Part shown: piece by piece, positions 44,355 to 60,780 of the stretch
How positions within the stretch are numbered: position 1 is the first letter of the stretch
Layout of the letters: each line of letters begins with the position of its first letter
Program-made: the position numbers and the translations under genes
Notes under the pieces: generated by a model
Told to the model about the DNA's origin: nothing
The model's database searches: none
Seen by the model: the letters and a program-made list of their open reading frames with translations, nothing else
Source: Spironucleus salmonicida
Lineage: Eukaryota
Assembly (NCBI RefSeq): GCF_000497125.1
Contig: NC_090599.1
Span: 124,001 to 188,000 of the forward strand
Reading direction: 5' to 3'
DNA: 64,000 bases

Positions 44355-45083
44355 TCACTATGTTTTCACATTCTCCATACCACCTACAATGTTCTCCAGC
44401 TCTATAATTCCCAGCCCTAACTACTAGTCGTCAACATTTTATTCGCCTTATGCTGTGATTTCGATATGGAGCGTTGGCTCAGAATCGAACTGGGATGGAA
44501 TACTGCATATGACTTCTTACTAGAACCGACCAATCAGGCTGTCCGATACGAAGTCGTGTCCAAATTGATTTTATGGGGCATTTGCTGGGTGCTAAGAACC
44601 GGAATATCCTTATGATCCATCAAATTCCGTGGCGAAATGACCTGGAGAAATTATTCTAAATATTCGAAGCTATGCACGCAAACTTCTAAAAAATAGTCCT
44701 TTCCGCACTTGTTAATGAACTGGATGCATGGCTAACGTGGATAAATATCTAAGTATGTGACCATCTACCTCAGTCTCTTATATTAGTTATTTCCTAGGCT
44801 TTTCTAACCTACCCGCCGCGTTGAGCTAATTTTATGGAGACGAAATCCACTAGTTGCGATCTAGAGTATTTCCTCTCTATAGAGATAATTCAGTTAGTAT
44901 GAGTTGGTTTCCGCTTATATTTTAAAATGTAGTTATGATTTCTAAGAAATTAGTGCTTTCACCAAAATACGCCGTTAGAGGAGAAATAAATTTTAAGTAT
45001 ATTGCATCTGTGAATTATTCAGAAGAGTCGCTACCTATAGGAATTTCATACGCTTGAATTAGTTGTTTTGTAAGAGATGACAT
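44355..45083 (-). CDS. Hypothetical protein (242 aa), copy 2
   Basis: Duplicate of 40821-41549. Confidence 0.7.
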
Positions 45084-45165
45084 TAAACCCTTAGTATTTA
45101 TTAAATAAATATAGGAATGATATATTAAAATGAAAGTAATAACTAATAATCAAAAAGTGTTACAA

Positions 45166-45609
45166 ATGAAACTTTCCCCTATTTCTTTAAAGATTCAACA
45201 TGTTATGTCACCTCATAGTAGAACTATTTAGAGATCGCTATCTAAGGCGATGCCAACTTAGTATGATTATAATTATTAACTTAATACTGGTAAGTTTGGA
45301 TAAAAATATATATAAAGCACCTAGTCTAATAGTCTGGAATCATTTATGCTTTAACCGAATGTGGTAGAGTAAAAGTTTATTGATCAATAACGATCTGAAT
45401 CACTTCTAAAAATCGAAAACTTTAAACTGAAAGTTAAGGGAGAATAGCAAAAACGTCGAATAGAAGCGGTGAATGCAATCAATAAAATGAAGTATGATGC
45501 TCATATTGAAAATAGACGGTGTATCATACAGCTTCTTACCTAAAAGGCAGAACTAGAAGTACCAATATCAGAAATCCTCTCCTCGAAAAAAAAAGTTTAT
45601 AAATAATGA
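45166..45609 (+). CDS. Hypothetical protein (147 aa), copy 2
   Basis: Duplicate of 41632-42075. Confidence 0.6.
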
Positions 45610-45699
45610 TAATTATGTATTTACTGATATAAAGATACTTCTACTTATGCTTCAAATTTTATCAAACTTTTACTGTTCATCCAATACCTAAATTCAAGT

Positions 45700-45885
45700 G
45701 AACTTTTGTATAACAAAACTTAAATCAAGGAAATGATGATAGCCGGGCGGGTGCCATTTAATTTCAAATGCAAAACCTGCGATACAGTACCGCCTAGCTT
45801 GGCGAAAGCAATACCTATGGCTGACAGGATCGGAAAGTTCAGCCCAGATGTTCAGTCTGCTATTCGCTCTTGGGCCCTGGAATGA
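45700..45885 (+). pseudogene. NOT4 3' fragment (second extra copy)
   Basis: Identical to 38632-38817. Confidence 0.85.
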
Positions 45886-45965
45886 AAAACTAAGTAATAA
45901 CGTATAATAATAAGTAAAACAAAGTAATATTTTATATAAATATGTATAACATCTCACAAAAGATT

Positions 45966-47033
<1,068 letters not shown>

Positions 47034-47153
47034 TGGTTATTTTGCGGAAAGGTCTTTAAATCAATATGGTATATAATATAAAAATACTACATAATTGAAA
47101 AATATATGATTATTATATATATAATATTTAATATTAATTGATTTCTTTTTTTG

Positions 47154-47168
47154 TTTCCACTCCACGTG
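47154..47168 (+). promoter_or_regulatory. Pre-ATG element TTTCCACTCCACGTG (RPL27)
   Basis: Identical 15-mer before RPS3a. Confidence 0.8.
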
Positions 47169-47172
47169 CCGA

Positions 47173-47556
47173 ATGTCCAATATATTCAAAGTTGGTTCTG
47201 TAGTCGTCATCCTCCAAGGTCGTCAAGCTGGAAAGAAAGCTGTGGTCATTAGCTTAAATGCTGGTCACGTTCTTGTCGCTGGAATGAACACTTTCCCTAA
47301 GGCTGTTCTTCCTTCTCATACTGTTAAACAGGCTGAGAAACGCTCTAAGTTTACTACTTTTGTTAAGAGCTATAATCCTAAACATCTTATGCCTACACGT
47401 TATACTCACAAACACACCCTTTAACAGTAAGTTAAGACTGATATGCTCAAGGATAAGGCTCAAAAGGAAAAAGCTGTAAAGAAAATTTAGGAAGCTTTTG
47501 AATCCGATTTCTTAGGTGGTAGCGACAGCTGGTTATTCAAGAAATTACCTTTCTGA
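47173..47556 (+). CDS. RPL27: 60S ribosomal protein L27e
   Basis: VVILQGRQAGKKAVV; FVKSYNPKHLMPTRY; WLFKKLPF. Confidence 0.95.
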
Positions 47557-47686
47557 TTTAATAATGTTGTTTTTGATATATTTTCTAAATACTTTAATCT
47601 ATAAAAGTGTAGATATAATTCAAGAATTAAAAAATACTCATTAATAATAAATATAACTGATTTAAAATAAGATAATCAAAAATTAA

Positions 47687-48424
47687 TCATTTAACTTCAA
47701 TGGGCTTACCAAATTCAGTTGAAGTACCAGAGTGAAGCTTGTTGATTCTTTCAACGTTGTACTTAGGGGTGGAGATAACCTTGACACGAGTGATCATGAT
47801 GTCACGAACAGCAAAATTCTTTTTGGCAGCTTCCATAATAGAAGTGTTAATGCTTTTATTGGCAAGACCAGTCATAAGTTTGTGGCAATCAAGATCCTTG
47901 ATGCTAGAGTGCATGGTCTCAAGCATGGCCTTACGTACTAAGTTGAGCTCGGAAGTCTTAGCATAACAGTTGGATTTCTTAATATTTTTAGATTTAGCAG
48001 TGAAACCAGTGGCAAAAACGCGGAGAACATAACCATCCTTGGTAGTAACATCTTAGGTGCAGCTAATGTGAGAACAACCCTTCTTAAACAAAGACTGTTC
48101 ATAGTGGCGGACAACCTAATAACCAGCAAAATCAGTGAGGCATTTTGAATCAGCACAAGAGACAATCTTGAAGTTGAAGTTTGAAGTACCATTTTGAGTT
48201 TCATTTTCAGCAAGATCTCCAAGGTTTGCTTTGACAATGCGACCTTTTACTACTTCAGTAGAAACACGCATACCTGAAGTTTTAGTGACAACGGTTTAAC
48301 CCATATCGGATTTTTTGAAAAGAGTCGGGGCTTAAACGTCATACCATTCTTTTCTGAGGAAAGGATCAGGTTTCGCACGTTGAACTATCTTCTTCTTCTT
48401 GTTAGAGTTGTTGCCAATAGCCAT
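47687..48424 (-). CDS. RPS3A: 40S ribosomal protein S3a (eS1)
   Basis: MAIGNN...[26 protein letters not shown]. Confidence 0.95.
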
Positions 48425-48425
48425 C

Positions 48426-48440
48426 CACGTGGAGTGGAAA
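48426..48440 (-). promoter_or_regulatory. Pre-ATG element TTTCCACTCCACGTG (RPS3a)
   Basis: Reverse complement of CACGTGGAGTGGAAA, 1 nt before the ATG. Confidence 0.8.
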
Positions 48441-48578
48441 TTCTAATTAAAAATTAACTATTAATGTTTTATACATATATTATTATAAAAATAATATTAT
48501 TAAAGAATATTTTATTATATTTCTATTTAATGAAATAAATGTATATTGATTTTCGCCATTTGACGTATCCCTTCCACA

Positions 48579-50504
<1,926 letters not shown>

Positions 50505-50518
50505 CTGAAGTTAATATT

Positions 50519-50733
50519 TCACTATGTTTTCACATTCTCCATACCACCTACAATGTTCTCCAGCTCTATAATTCCCAGCCCTAACTACTAGTCGTCAACA
50601 TTTTATTCGCCTTATGCTGTGATTTCGATATGGAGCGTTGGCTCAGAATCGAACTGGGATGGAATACTGCATATGACTTCTTACTAGAACCGACCAATCA
50701 GGCTGTCCGATACGAAGTCGTGTCCAAATTGAT
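50519..50733 (-). pseudogene. 3' fragment of the 242-aa hypothetical gene
   Basis: Matches 40821-41035 only; the 5' part and ATG are absent. Confidence 0.8.
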
Positions 50734-50846
50734 AATTTAAAAAATAATTTTATTATTTTAAAAGAAGATTTTATAAATAAAAATAATAAAAATTTAAGCA
50801 TATTTAAATAAAATAATATAAGTTCTTTCCATTTTTCATTCCCTAA

Positions 50847-52661
50847 ATGTCTGATTATCGTGGAAATGATAGACGTGGTGGATATGGTGATGACAGAAGA
50901 GGTGGGTATGGCGATAGATAAGATAGAGGCTCATATGGCGATAGAAATGGTGGAAATGATAGAGGTGGCTATGACAGAAATAGAGGTGGTGATAGATATG
51001 GTGGTGATCGTTACGGTGGTGATAGAGGTGGAAGTAGAATGTTTCAAGGATAATAAGATAATGGTTCGTGTTTTCCAGCATCGGAAAAAGAGTTATATAA
51101 ACATGCAGATTCAATCGATCCTACTCAAATTGACTATTCATTCTATGATCTGCCTATCAAACTCCATAAAAATAAAAATCCTGATATTGAGCCTTTAGCT
51201 ACATTAGAAGATATGCTTGCATTTTTACCAGCTCAAGTTGCAACAAACATTAAACGTTTAAAATATTAATAACCTACTCCAATTTAAAAGTACTCATTAC
51301 CTATTGCATTTTCTGGGGTTGATTTATTAGCTACATCATAGACAGGTTCTGGTAAGTCGGCAGCATTTTTATTGCCAGTTATTAAAGATATAATGGATAA
51401 TAACCTTAAGGCTATTACTAAATCTCCTCAAGATATCAAAGATATAGGCTGGAGCAGATCACCATTTGGTGGAAGAGCGTAACCTTTTGTTATTGTATTA
51501 AGTCCAACTCGTGAATTAGCTTTGTAAAATTTTAATGCTGCCTGGTAGTTCAGTTATAAAACAGGAATTTTAACCAGAGTTTGTTATGGCGGTGAAGGCA
51601 TGAGAGAATAGAGTTTGGCGCTACGTTGTGGTGCTGATATAATTATTGCTACTCCTGGTAGGGTTAAAGCTTTTATTGAGAGTGGTTAAATAGATTTATC
51701 TTATGTAACAACTTTTATTTTAGATGAAGGTGATACTATGATAGACATGGGTTTTATTAATGATATAAAGGCTATACGTAAATCAATCATAGAATCTAAA
51801 AAAATTGCTTAGGCTGAAAAGACACCTATTTCAGACAGGAAACTGCAAACTTTATTATTTTCTGCTACATTCCCTAAAGAAATAAGAAATATAGCAGATG
51901 AATTTTTAGATACTCCTTATCATTTAGAAATAGGTACTGTCGGAGTAAGTGGAGTCAATATTTCCTAGTATTGTTTTAACCCTTCTATGATTTCTAGATA
52001 TTCTTACCTTAAGGCTATTTTATAGTATCCAGGTAGAGTTATATTATTTTGCAATAAAAAATCTTCGGTTAATTAATTAACCGAATAACTTAAGCGTGAT
52101 GTGGTAAATGGTTCATTATCAAAGATTCCTGAAGATATTCAAACTGAAGTACAAATTATGTTTAATTCTAGAGATGAAGCAGTTTCTACTAACGCTGGTG
52201 AAGAATTATCTAAACCTAGTTAAATAGAGTGTTTATCTGGTGACAATACATAAAGACAAAGAATCATAGTTTTAGATTAATTTAAATCTGGTGAATTGAA
52301 GCTTTTGGTATGCACAGATGTCGCTTAAAGAGGACTAGACTTACCTAAAGTAGATTTTGTCATCAATTATGAAATGCCAGCAAATATTGAAGATTATTCT
52401 CATAGAATTGGTAGAACTGGTAGAGCAGGAAGGAAAGGTACTGCTGTGTCATTTATTGAAAATGGTGATTCTACTTTAATGCTCAGAAAATTAGCCGAAA
52501 ATCTTATTAGTAGCAAATAAGATGTGCCAGAATGGTTAAGTTAATAGGCTAACTAAAGAGGAAATAAAGGTGGTTTTTAGAGAGGAGGTTATTCCAGAGG
52601 TGGCAACAATTCTAGAGGTGGAAATTCATATGGCGGAAGAGGTGGATCATTCAACTGGTGA
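50847..52661 (+). CDS. DDX3/Ded1-like DEAD-box RNA helicase with RGG termini (motif II = DEGD)
   Basis: [42 protein letters not shown]-terminal Trp. Confidence 0.92.
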
Positions 52662-52761
52662 ACAATATTAATTTTATAATATAGATAAACAGATATATTT
52701 TTTTATTAAAGATTTAATTATTTGTATAATAAATTTATAATATTGTACATATAATCGAAAA

Positions 52762-55700
52762 ATGTCGAGTTATGAAAAATTAATTGAATTAAATGTGGCA
52801 AACAAGAAAGCTCCAAAAAATAAAATAGTCACTACAAAGTACAATATTATAACATTTTTGCCTAAATTCTTATGTTATTAGTACATGTAACCTAGCAATA
52901 TATATTATTTACTGAATGCGGTTGCTGGTTTTATCGTATATGTGGTAGCCCCAATGTCTAACGTCCTTCCGATTATTTTTGTGCTGTTTGTATCTGCTGT
53001 AAGAGAAATTATAGAAGATGTAAACAGATACCACTAGGATAATATTTAAAATAATTATTAATATAGAATTTTAAGAGGTGGTTAGTATTTACTTACTAAA
53101 TCTAAAGATATTTAATAGGGTGATATAATTAATTTATCCTTTAATTAGGAGGTCCCTGCTGATTGTCTTCTATTGAATGTTAACGATACATCAAACGTTC
53201 TCTTTGTTTCTACTGTCTAATTAGACGGAGAAAGCAATTTAAAACGAAAATATACTTTAAATTAAGCTATAAATAATCCAGCAAATGTTTAAGTTGATTT
53301 ACCTTCGTCAGATATGGCAACTTTTAACGGAGTTTACAATAATAGTATAGAGTTTAACATACAAAACGTTATTTTAAAAGGTATGAAAATAAAATCATAA
53401 TCATAACTAGTAGCAGCTGTAATATATACAGCTAAACAGACAAAAATCATGGTATCATAGTCTAAACCTAGACAAAAATAGTCAAAGTAATCATAAAGGA
53501 TGATTAAAATCATTATGATTCAAGCTTTAATTTCAATAATTCTAATGTTTGTTCTACCTTTTCTTTCGATAGTTGGATTTCAGCTTTCCAAAAATGAGCC
53601 TTACTTTGCTGCTGAACCGACATCGTTAACTGCAATTTATATATAAAAATGTATTATATACTTTATAGTTTTAGCATATTTTCTACCCATTAGTTTATTT
53701 GTTGCTATTGAAGTAATACGCATGCTAATGACGTACTAATTCAATTTAGATCGAAATTACCTATCGAAAGAGGCAAAATTATACTTTTAAGAGCATGGAA
53801 AATTAGATATTTCCAATGAAGAATTAGGGAAGCTTAACAAAGTTCAACTATCAGCGACAGTTAAAAATTCTGCAGTAATTGAAAACTTATTTGAAGTTGA
53901 TGTTATTTTCAGTGATAAAACCGGAACTTTGACAAGGAATGATATGAAATTGGTATAAACTTGCGACATGAATAATAATATTTTTGATATTACTACTAAT
54001 GAAAAGATACCAGAGGTGTAGATATTTTTATTGGGATTATGTAATACGTTATATTAGTTTGAAAATGATATTTAAGGTGAATCATTAGATGAAATTGCAT
54101 TTTATAAAGGCGCATTATAATACGGTATGTAGCTTATATAAAGGTACGCAGATTAAGTTATTTATCAGTATAAAGGCCAAGAAATTATCTATTAGATTTT
54201 GGCTATTGTACCATTTAGCTCTGATCGAAAACGGATGTCAATAATCTTGAAAGAAGTAAATACTTGCTTTACTCCTGTAGAAATCTCTTCACCAAATTAA
54301 CCTTTTGTACTAACTAAAGGAGCGGATAATGAAATTTTAAACTTGTGTACAGGTAATTTTACCTCTGCTTAATTTAATATTCTATAATTTTCTTAAAACG
54401 GGCTAAGAACACTAGTCTTTGGTGTAGGTAAATTGGATGATGATTTCATAGTTAATTGGGTTTCAAGATTTAAAGATATTGTGAATCTTGGGGAGCATAA
54501 CCATATTTATTAATAGCACGTTCATTTAGTTGAAACTTTAATTATACCTTTATTAATAACAGCAGTAGAAGATCAATTATAAGATAATTTAAATGATACA
54601 CTTAAATCATTTTAAGAAGCATAAATTTAACTATGGATGTTAACTGGTGATAAAAATGAAACTGCTTTAGCTATTGCCCAAACTTCTGGTATGATTAGCA
54701 ACAGTGACATAGTTATTCAACTAACTGATATTACTGATCAAGATTCAGATGACTCACTATTGCTAAAAATATTTAATAATTTGAAAGATGTTAAAGAAAT
54801 TAGAAAACTTCTTAACAATTTTAAGAAATAATATTATATAAGAAAACCTATACGAAATAAAGTTAACTGCTTCAAATCTGAAATAAATTACTCTATCCTA
54901 ATTGATGGATACAATATTAAAAAACTTTAGGATTTAGGTTTAATTCATGTTTTTTTCTTTATTGCTTAACAAGCTAAAACTATTATTGCATGTAGGCTGA
55001 CACCGGCGCAGAAGGCATTTATAGTATAGGAAACAAAGCGTGTTAATACTACCCTGACGACTATGGCTGTTGGAGATGGAAATAACGATGTCCCCATGAT
55101 CATTCAAGCGGATGTCGGCGTTGGGATTGCTGGAAAAGAAGGTCTATTTGCGTGTAATAATGCAGATATAACCTTTACCGAATTTTCGCATCTGAAAAGA
55201 GCAATTTTAGTTAATGGACGATACAACCACATACGATTTAGCGAATTAATTGACTATAACATTTATAGAAATTCTATCATCCCTTGTATCACTATAGTAT
55301 ATTCATTTTACGATAAATTCTCTGTCAATATATTTTTTGATTCATTACTTCTCCTCTTGTACAATCTAGCCATATAAAATTTTCCTATCCTCTTCCAGTC
55401 AATTACTGTAAAGGATATCTAAGAAGATGTTTTACTTAATATTCCGTGCCTTTATAGACTTTCACGTGACAAATAACGTGCTAGTTTCAAATCTGTATAT
55501 TTACGTGTCGCTATTGGAATATATCAGTCAATTATTATCGTACTGGTCACAAGATTCACGTTTGGATATGGAATGATAACATAAAGTGGTTAAAATGGAG
55601 ATTTTAATTGTGCTTTATAGTTTGCATTCGTATCACTTATAGCAATTACGACAATCGAGTATTTCTTATACAATAACTTTTACACATATTTCTCTTTAGC

Positions 55701-55938
55701 AGCAGTTCTCCTGATTTTCATTCTCACCGGTTTGGCAATGATTTTTGGCAATTATTCCACGCTATTTGGCATCACTTAGGTCGCCTCTGTCGTATTGTTA
55801 TAAAATAATATGCAGTTTTATTTAGTTTTTTTCTGCACCACGCTAATTTCTTCAATTCCATCAATACTTTTGGTTCTATTAACACGATATTACTTTCCCA
55901 CCTCAACTGATTTAGCCAGAAGCTATAAAATAGAGTGA
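52762..55938 (+). CDS. P4-type ATPase (phospholipid flippase)
   Basis: NKIVTTKY; LDGESNLK; PISL; FSDKTGTLTRN; LTGDK; GDGNND; GIAGKEG. Confidence 0.95.
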
Positions 55939-55948
55939 AAAATTTGCT

Positions 55949-57595
55949 TCACAAAATCGCTTTTACGAACAGGTCATCAAATGCGTATTTTTCATCGCTC
56001 TCTCGCTATAATATCATGAATTCGGCACTACTGCAGTCTTGACACAGCTTGTCCCCACCAGCAATTTTAACGATTTCCCATCGCCTCAGTTCACAATTTT
56101 AGCATAATTTTAGTTGCTCCTACTTCAAAAATGCTTGTGCGAACTATGTAGCTGTTACGTCGAACTTCTTCTAAATAATTACTGATTCTGCACCTATAAG
56201 ATTAAAACGAACTTACAGACTCTAGTAACTATCAATAAGTGCTTAAATTGACGCTAGAATAGTTTTTAATTATTATTTTTGACTGCTAAAGTTGAGCTGA
56301 TTTTGAGTGTGGGAAACTATATTTAATGGCTTTTGGTGAATAAGAATCTTCTGTTTAACAAGAGCATGCAAACTGAAAAGCTATTGGAATTAGCTGTTTA
56401 GCTAAGTTTCCAATTAATTTATAATCTAAATATGCTGGTTATATTTGTTAAGTTGGGTTTCGTCTGAGGAAATCGCAAAATTGTCGACTTAAAGGTCTTA
56501 AATCTGCGCATTCTGCCTATAAATCTGCTACTAAATTGTGTAGATATCAGGTTCTACAGATTTAAGGATGTCTGCTGCATCTGATGTTGATGTATGAATT
56601 AGGTCGAATACTGCAGAAAACTGTTTTGAGATTCTGTTAAAACGAACCTTATTTTGAGCAAAAACTTCAATTTCTGGAGATAATTTAATTTCATTTTGTT
56701 GCTTAAACGCTTATAAACTAAGCAATTACTATTTCAACTAATTAAGCACTGAACTATTGGGTAGCATTTTTAAAATATCAGAAATTATTTCATTTTCTGT
56801 TCCATTTTAAGAAATTTACTAAATTTCAGGGATTTTGTATTCACATAAAAGCTCTATAAAGCTTTTAGTAAGTGAATTACTTGCACTCTGGTTCTTGATT
56901 CTGCAATAATTTTTGGTAAAAGTTTGCTCAATTTAATTGATTTTTGCAATGTCATCTTCGGAAATTTATGATTTTTTCTAGCCCTCAATTTCGCGATTTA
57001 ATTATTCTGTAGTAGTTTCTTTAATTTACTAAAGGGAATATAGCATTTACAGTTATTTTATGTAATACTAGCAAATTATTCTTGCTTCATTTTCAGCATC
57101 GCAGATTGTAGATTCGTCTTTGCAAAAATTAAGGTAGTTTTTCTACAATGTTTAATAGGTGTTTTTATCGAGCTGGAGACTACTAAGATTCTGAATTTCT
57201 GAAATAAGTTAATGGAAATTCATAGTAACATTATCTTCAAGTACATTAAATAATTAATTGTCTCGATCTCTTATAATTAGATGCCTTAGAAACTATGATA
57301 CATGATCTCTAGAAATTTCTAGCTATTCTTGGGTAGATGGTGTAATATCAATTAAATTTTAGAGCGATAAATTAAGATTTTTACTTATTTCGTATATTTG
57401 GTCTTTATAAGACTATGAAAATGACGATTTTTACAAAACCTCGTCTTGGCATTATTAGTCAACACCATTTTAAAGTACCAGAATATACTACTTAATAGAT
57501 TCAATCTCTAATAATAAACTTTATCTTTGTTAAAACTTAATTAACTTTGTTAGACCATTTTCACCTAATGATAACTAAGGCTGTTCTGGGTTCAT
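55949..57595 (-). CDS. Long coiled-coil protein with degenerate C-terminal RING (BRE1-like)
   Basis: 548-aa Q/E/L-rich ORF ending LCQNCELRRWEIVKIAGGDKLCQDCS...FDDLFVKAIL. Confidence 0.6.
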
Positions 57596-57664
57596 TGAAG
57601 AGAAAGTATTAACTAATATTTATAATATAATAATTATAAATATAAATATTTCAGAGTTGCAAAA

Positions 57665-59194
57665 ATGAATGACATAGATGATTATATGGAAGTTGATGTT
57701 AATTTAGATTAAATTCCAGACATGGACTCATACGAGAGACTAGAAGAAGCCCTTAATTTCTATTAGTAACCTTAAATTATGATTAAAATATAAGGATTTT
57801 CTCCTTTTATCAATAATCCATAGTGTTTTGATGATCAACGATTCTCACAAGAATTATTTGATAATACTAAGGAAATACTTGAAACAGTAAGCAGAGCTTC
57901 TATCATTCATACTATATCAAATGGATTTTAATAAATTGCTGATTTTATTTCAATTAAATCTGTCTCATAATATACGATATTGTTTTTAGATACTTTGATT
58001 AAAACAATAAATAATGCGGAAAAATTCGGTTTTACAGATGATTTATGCCTCTCCATTTTAGCTATTATTACAACTATTGAGAGATTTTTGTAAGTTTTAT
58101 TTTTAAAACCAGAAGTCGCTTACACCTAGTATGAATATTATATGAATATCGGAGTATAGTTTTATCCCCTGATATTCACACTTGTCAAACTTTTTGGAGA
58201 ATTTTCGTAGGAGTTACAAAATGCTATTTCGTGTACAACTGAACCATCAAGACATGCAAATTTACTAATTTAATTGTTTATTGTTTGTAATGACTGGCTA
58301 TTACAGGCATCAAACTACCCATTTACCTCTTCTGCGCTTATATATAAACTTATGGAAACTCCTGAGATTTCATAAGAAATAGTATTTTCTCTAACTCAAG
58401 ATCATCCTCTTTCTCATTGCATAGTTTCAATCTTTTCAAATCTAGCATTTGCTGACTGGAGTGAAGATTTCACTCTTAAAATCATCAAAATTTCATCTTA
58501 ATCACTCATTTCAAATGTTCTAAAAAGTGAAAAATTGGCCGAAAAGATAATGAATATTTTATGGAATTTCAACTTAATTGAAACACACATTGACCTCACT
58601 ATTTCATGTGCTGCAATGCTTGGATTTTCTGGATTTTATGAGAATTACGAGCTTGTCACTAAAATGATTCTGCATATTTCAAATGCAAGTCAAAATGTCG
58701 AATTAAGTAGCGTACTTGCAGTATGTTATGATTTATTTTTATCTAATATCGAATCATTTGAGGAAAACGATTTGGGTGTTAAAATAGCTGTCCATTTACA
58801 AGATTTAAATATTAGAACACGTGTTATTTACAGAGTTCTTGGCAGTAAATTTTTATGTAAATTTTTAACTGAAAAAATAGCTAAAAGGGTTTATAACTAT
58901 GCAGCGCAAAGTGTGATTTAGCTTTTCAAAACTAACGATTTAAGCCTTAACAATACATTCCTATCAGTTGTCGTAAACTTGAAAATGTCTTATAAATCAA
59001 TTTTGAAAAATATCTCACTTTCAGACGAAGCACGGAGAATTTTCGCTATAAAACTAAATAAGGGAGTCGAACAATGCGATTTGCTAATGCTATCATTAAT
59101 TGGAGAGATTGGAGAAGGAGAAATAAGAGAAGGTGAATTATTAGAAGAAACGACATAGAGATTAGGCCTTAGTGGTATATATGGGTTTAAGTGA
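57665..59194 (+). CDS. Hypothetical alpha-helical (HEAT/ARM-like) protein
   Basis: 509-aa ORF containing track ORF 58535..58921; ends AAGTGA. Confidence 0.65.
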
Positions 59195-59220
59195 GCCATT
59201 ATGTAAAATATAAATTGAAA

Positions 59221-59312
59221 ATATACTGACTGGACATGATAGTGTACAGTCAAACGGTATTTGAGTCGTTTTGACCATACAATAAATATGTTTGCATGGC
59301 TTCGACGATCAT
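59221..59312 (-). ncRNA. Candidate structured small RNA (two hairpins), class unknown
   Basis: Intergenic; stems GCCATGCAA/TTGTATGGT plus GTCG/CGAC and TGACTG/CAGTCA on the minus strand; TTTCCACTTT element immediately upstream. Confidence 0.4.
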
Positions 59313-59440
59313 TAAAGTGGAAAGTTGAAAGTAGTCTGGAATAAATATATATAATACTAAGATAGTTGGAACACAGCATGAACTCAAAAATTTCGGCATA
59401 TTATATATAATAGATAAATAACTAAAAAATTCATTCCGCA

Positions 59441-60745
59441 ATGTCTGGTGTAAGCAAATAGTAGTAAAACAAATATAGATTTGTGGCAAAGAAAGGTTCT
59501 GGAGCATTTGCCGATGTAATATAAGCATAAAATACGAAAACTATGGAAATGGTAGCAATTAAAAGACTAAAATAAGTTTATAAATCAGTGGATAAGATTA
59601 CTAAACTACGCGAAATATAAGCACTTAAACTACTTTAGAATCATCCTACTGTAGTACATTTACTAGAAATTTTATTTGACCGTAACACAGGAAAACTCGC
59701 GATGGTTTTTGAATTAATGACTATGAATTTGTATGAAATTATTAAAAATAAGAAGTAGTACTTGTAGGATAGATAAATTAAGTTTTACTTCTTTTAGATG
59801 ATGGATGGCCTAGCTGCTATGCATGCAGCTGGATATTTTCATAGAGATATTAAACCAGAAAATGTTTTAATGAAAAAGTAAAACGATTCTTATTTGACTC
59901 ATGAAGTTAAAATTGCCGATGTAGGATCCTGCCGATAGATAGATACTCCACATCCCTATACAGAATACATTTCAACAAGATGGTATAGGTCTCCAGAAAC
60001 TATCTTATCAGATGGAGTTTATGGTCCAGAAATGGATATTTTTGGTTCTGCATGCTTATTGTTTGAACTATCTGCTCTCTTTCCACTTTTCCCTGGAAAG
60101 GACGAACTGGATTAAATCTATAGAATCCATTCTGTACTTGGAACGCCATAATAGTAAGTAATGGATAGAATTCGGAAAGGTGTAGTTAATAACCCAATTA
60201 AAGGTGACTTTGCACCTGTTAAGGGAACCGGAATTCATCGATTGGCAACAAACCTTAGACCAGACTGCTTGGATTTACTAGAAAAGATGCTAACTTATGA
60301 CCCATTATAAAGATTGACTGCTAGTTAGGTTTTGCAACATCATTACTTTGATGATATACCTTCTATATTATCAGATGCTAGAGCTCAAAAAGCAAATAAG
60401 GAATTAATTAATCACCTAGAAAAAACTTGGTGCAGTGTTAGAGGACTTACTGAAGTTCCTATCAAATAAAAATAAGTAAATTCTGATTTCTCAGATGATG
60501 AAATTAATAGGGATGATAAAGGAATTTAAAATAAAACGATAAAATAGAGAGTTAAAAAAGTTGTTAAACATTAATAAGCGACTAATGGATAGTAAAGTCT
60601 TCTATAAGTGGTCCCTTTGTAAAAGAAGAAGGTAGATTAGAATAAGTAAAATGGTCCAATTATAGTAAGCGTACCTTTACCAGCTCTAAATAAAGGTATG
60701 ACAAACCAATTTTACAAAGCTGGATTAAAAATGATGAAAAAATGA
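59441..60745 (+). CDS. CMGC kinase, RCK family (MOK-like)
   Basis: KKGSGAFADV; LREIQALK; HRDIKPEN; DVGSC; YTEYISTRWYRSPE. Confidence 0.92.
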
Positions 60746-60780
60746 GTGACTAATTTCTTTTTCTTTTAGGACTTATTAAA

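Noticed and set aside
60746-60770. GACTAAT + polypyrimidine + TAG resembling an intron 3' end
   Set aside because: It lies after the MOK stop in a 35-bp convergent gap, with no matching donor and no need for splicing.
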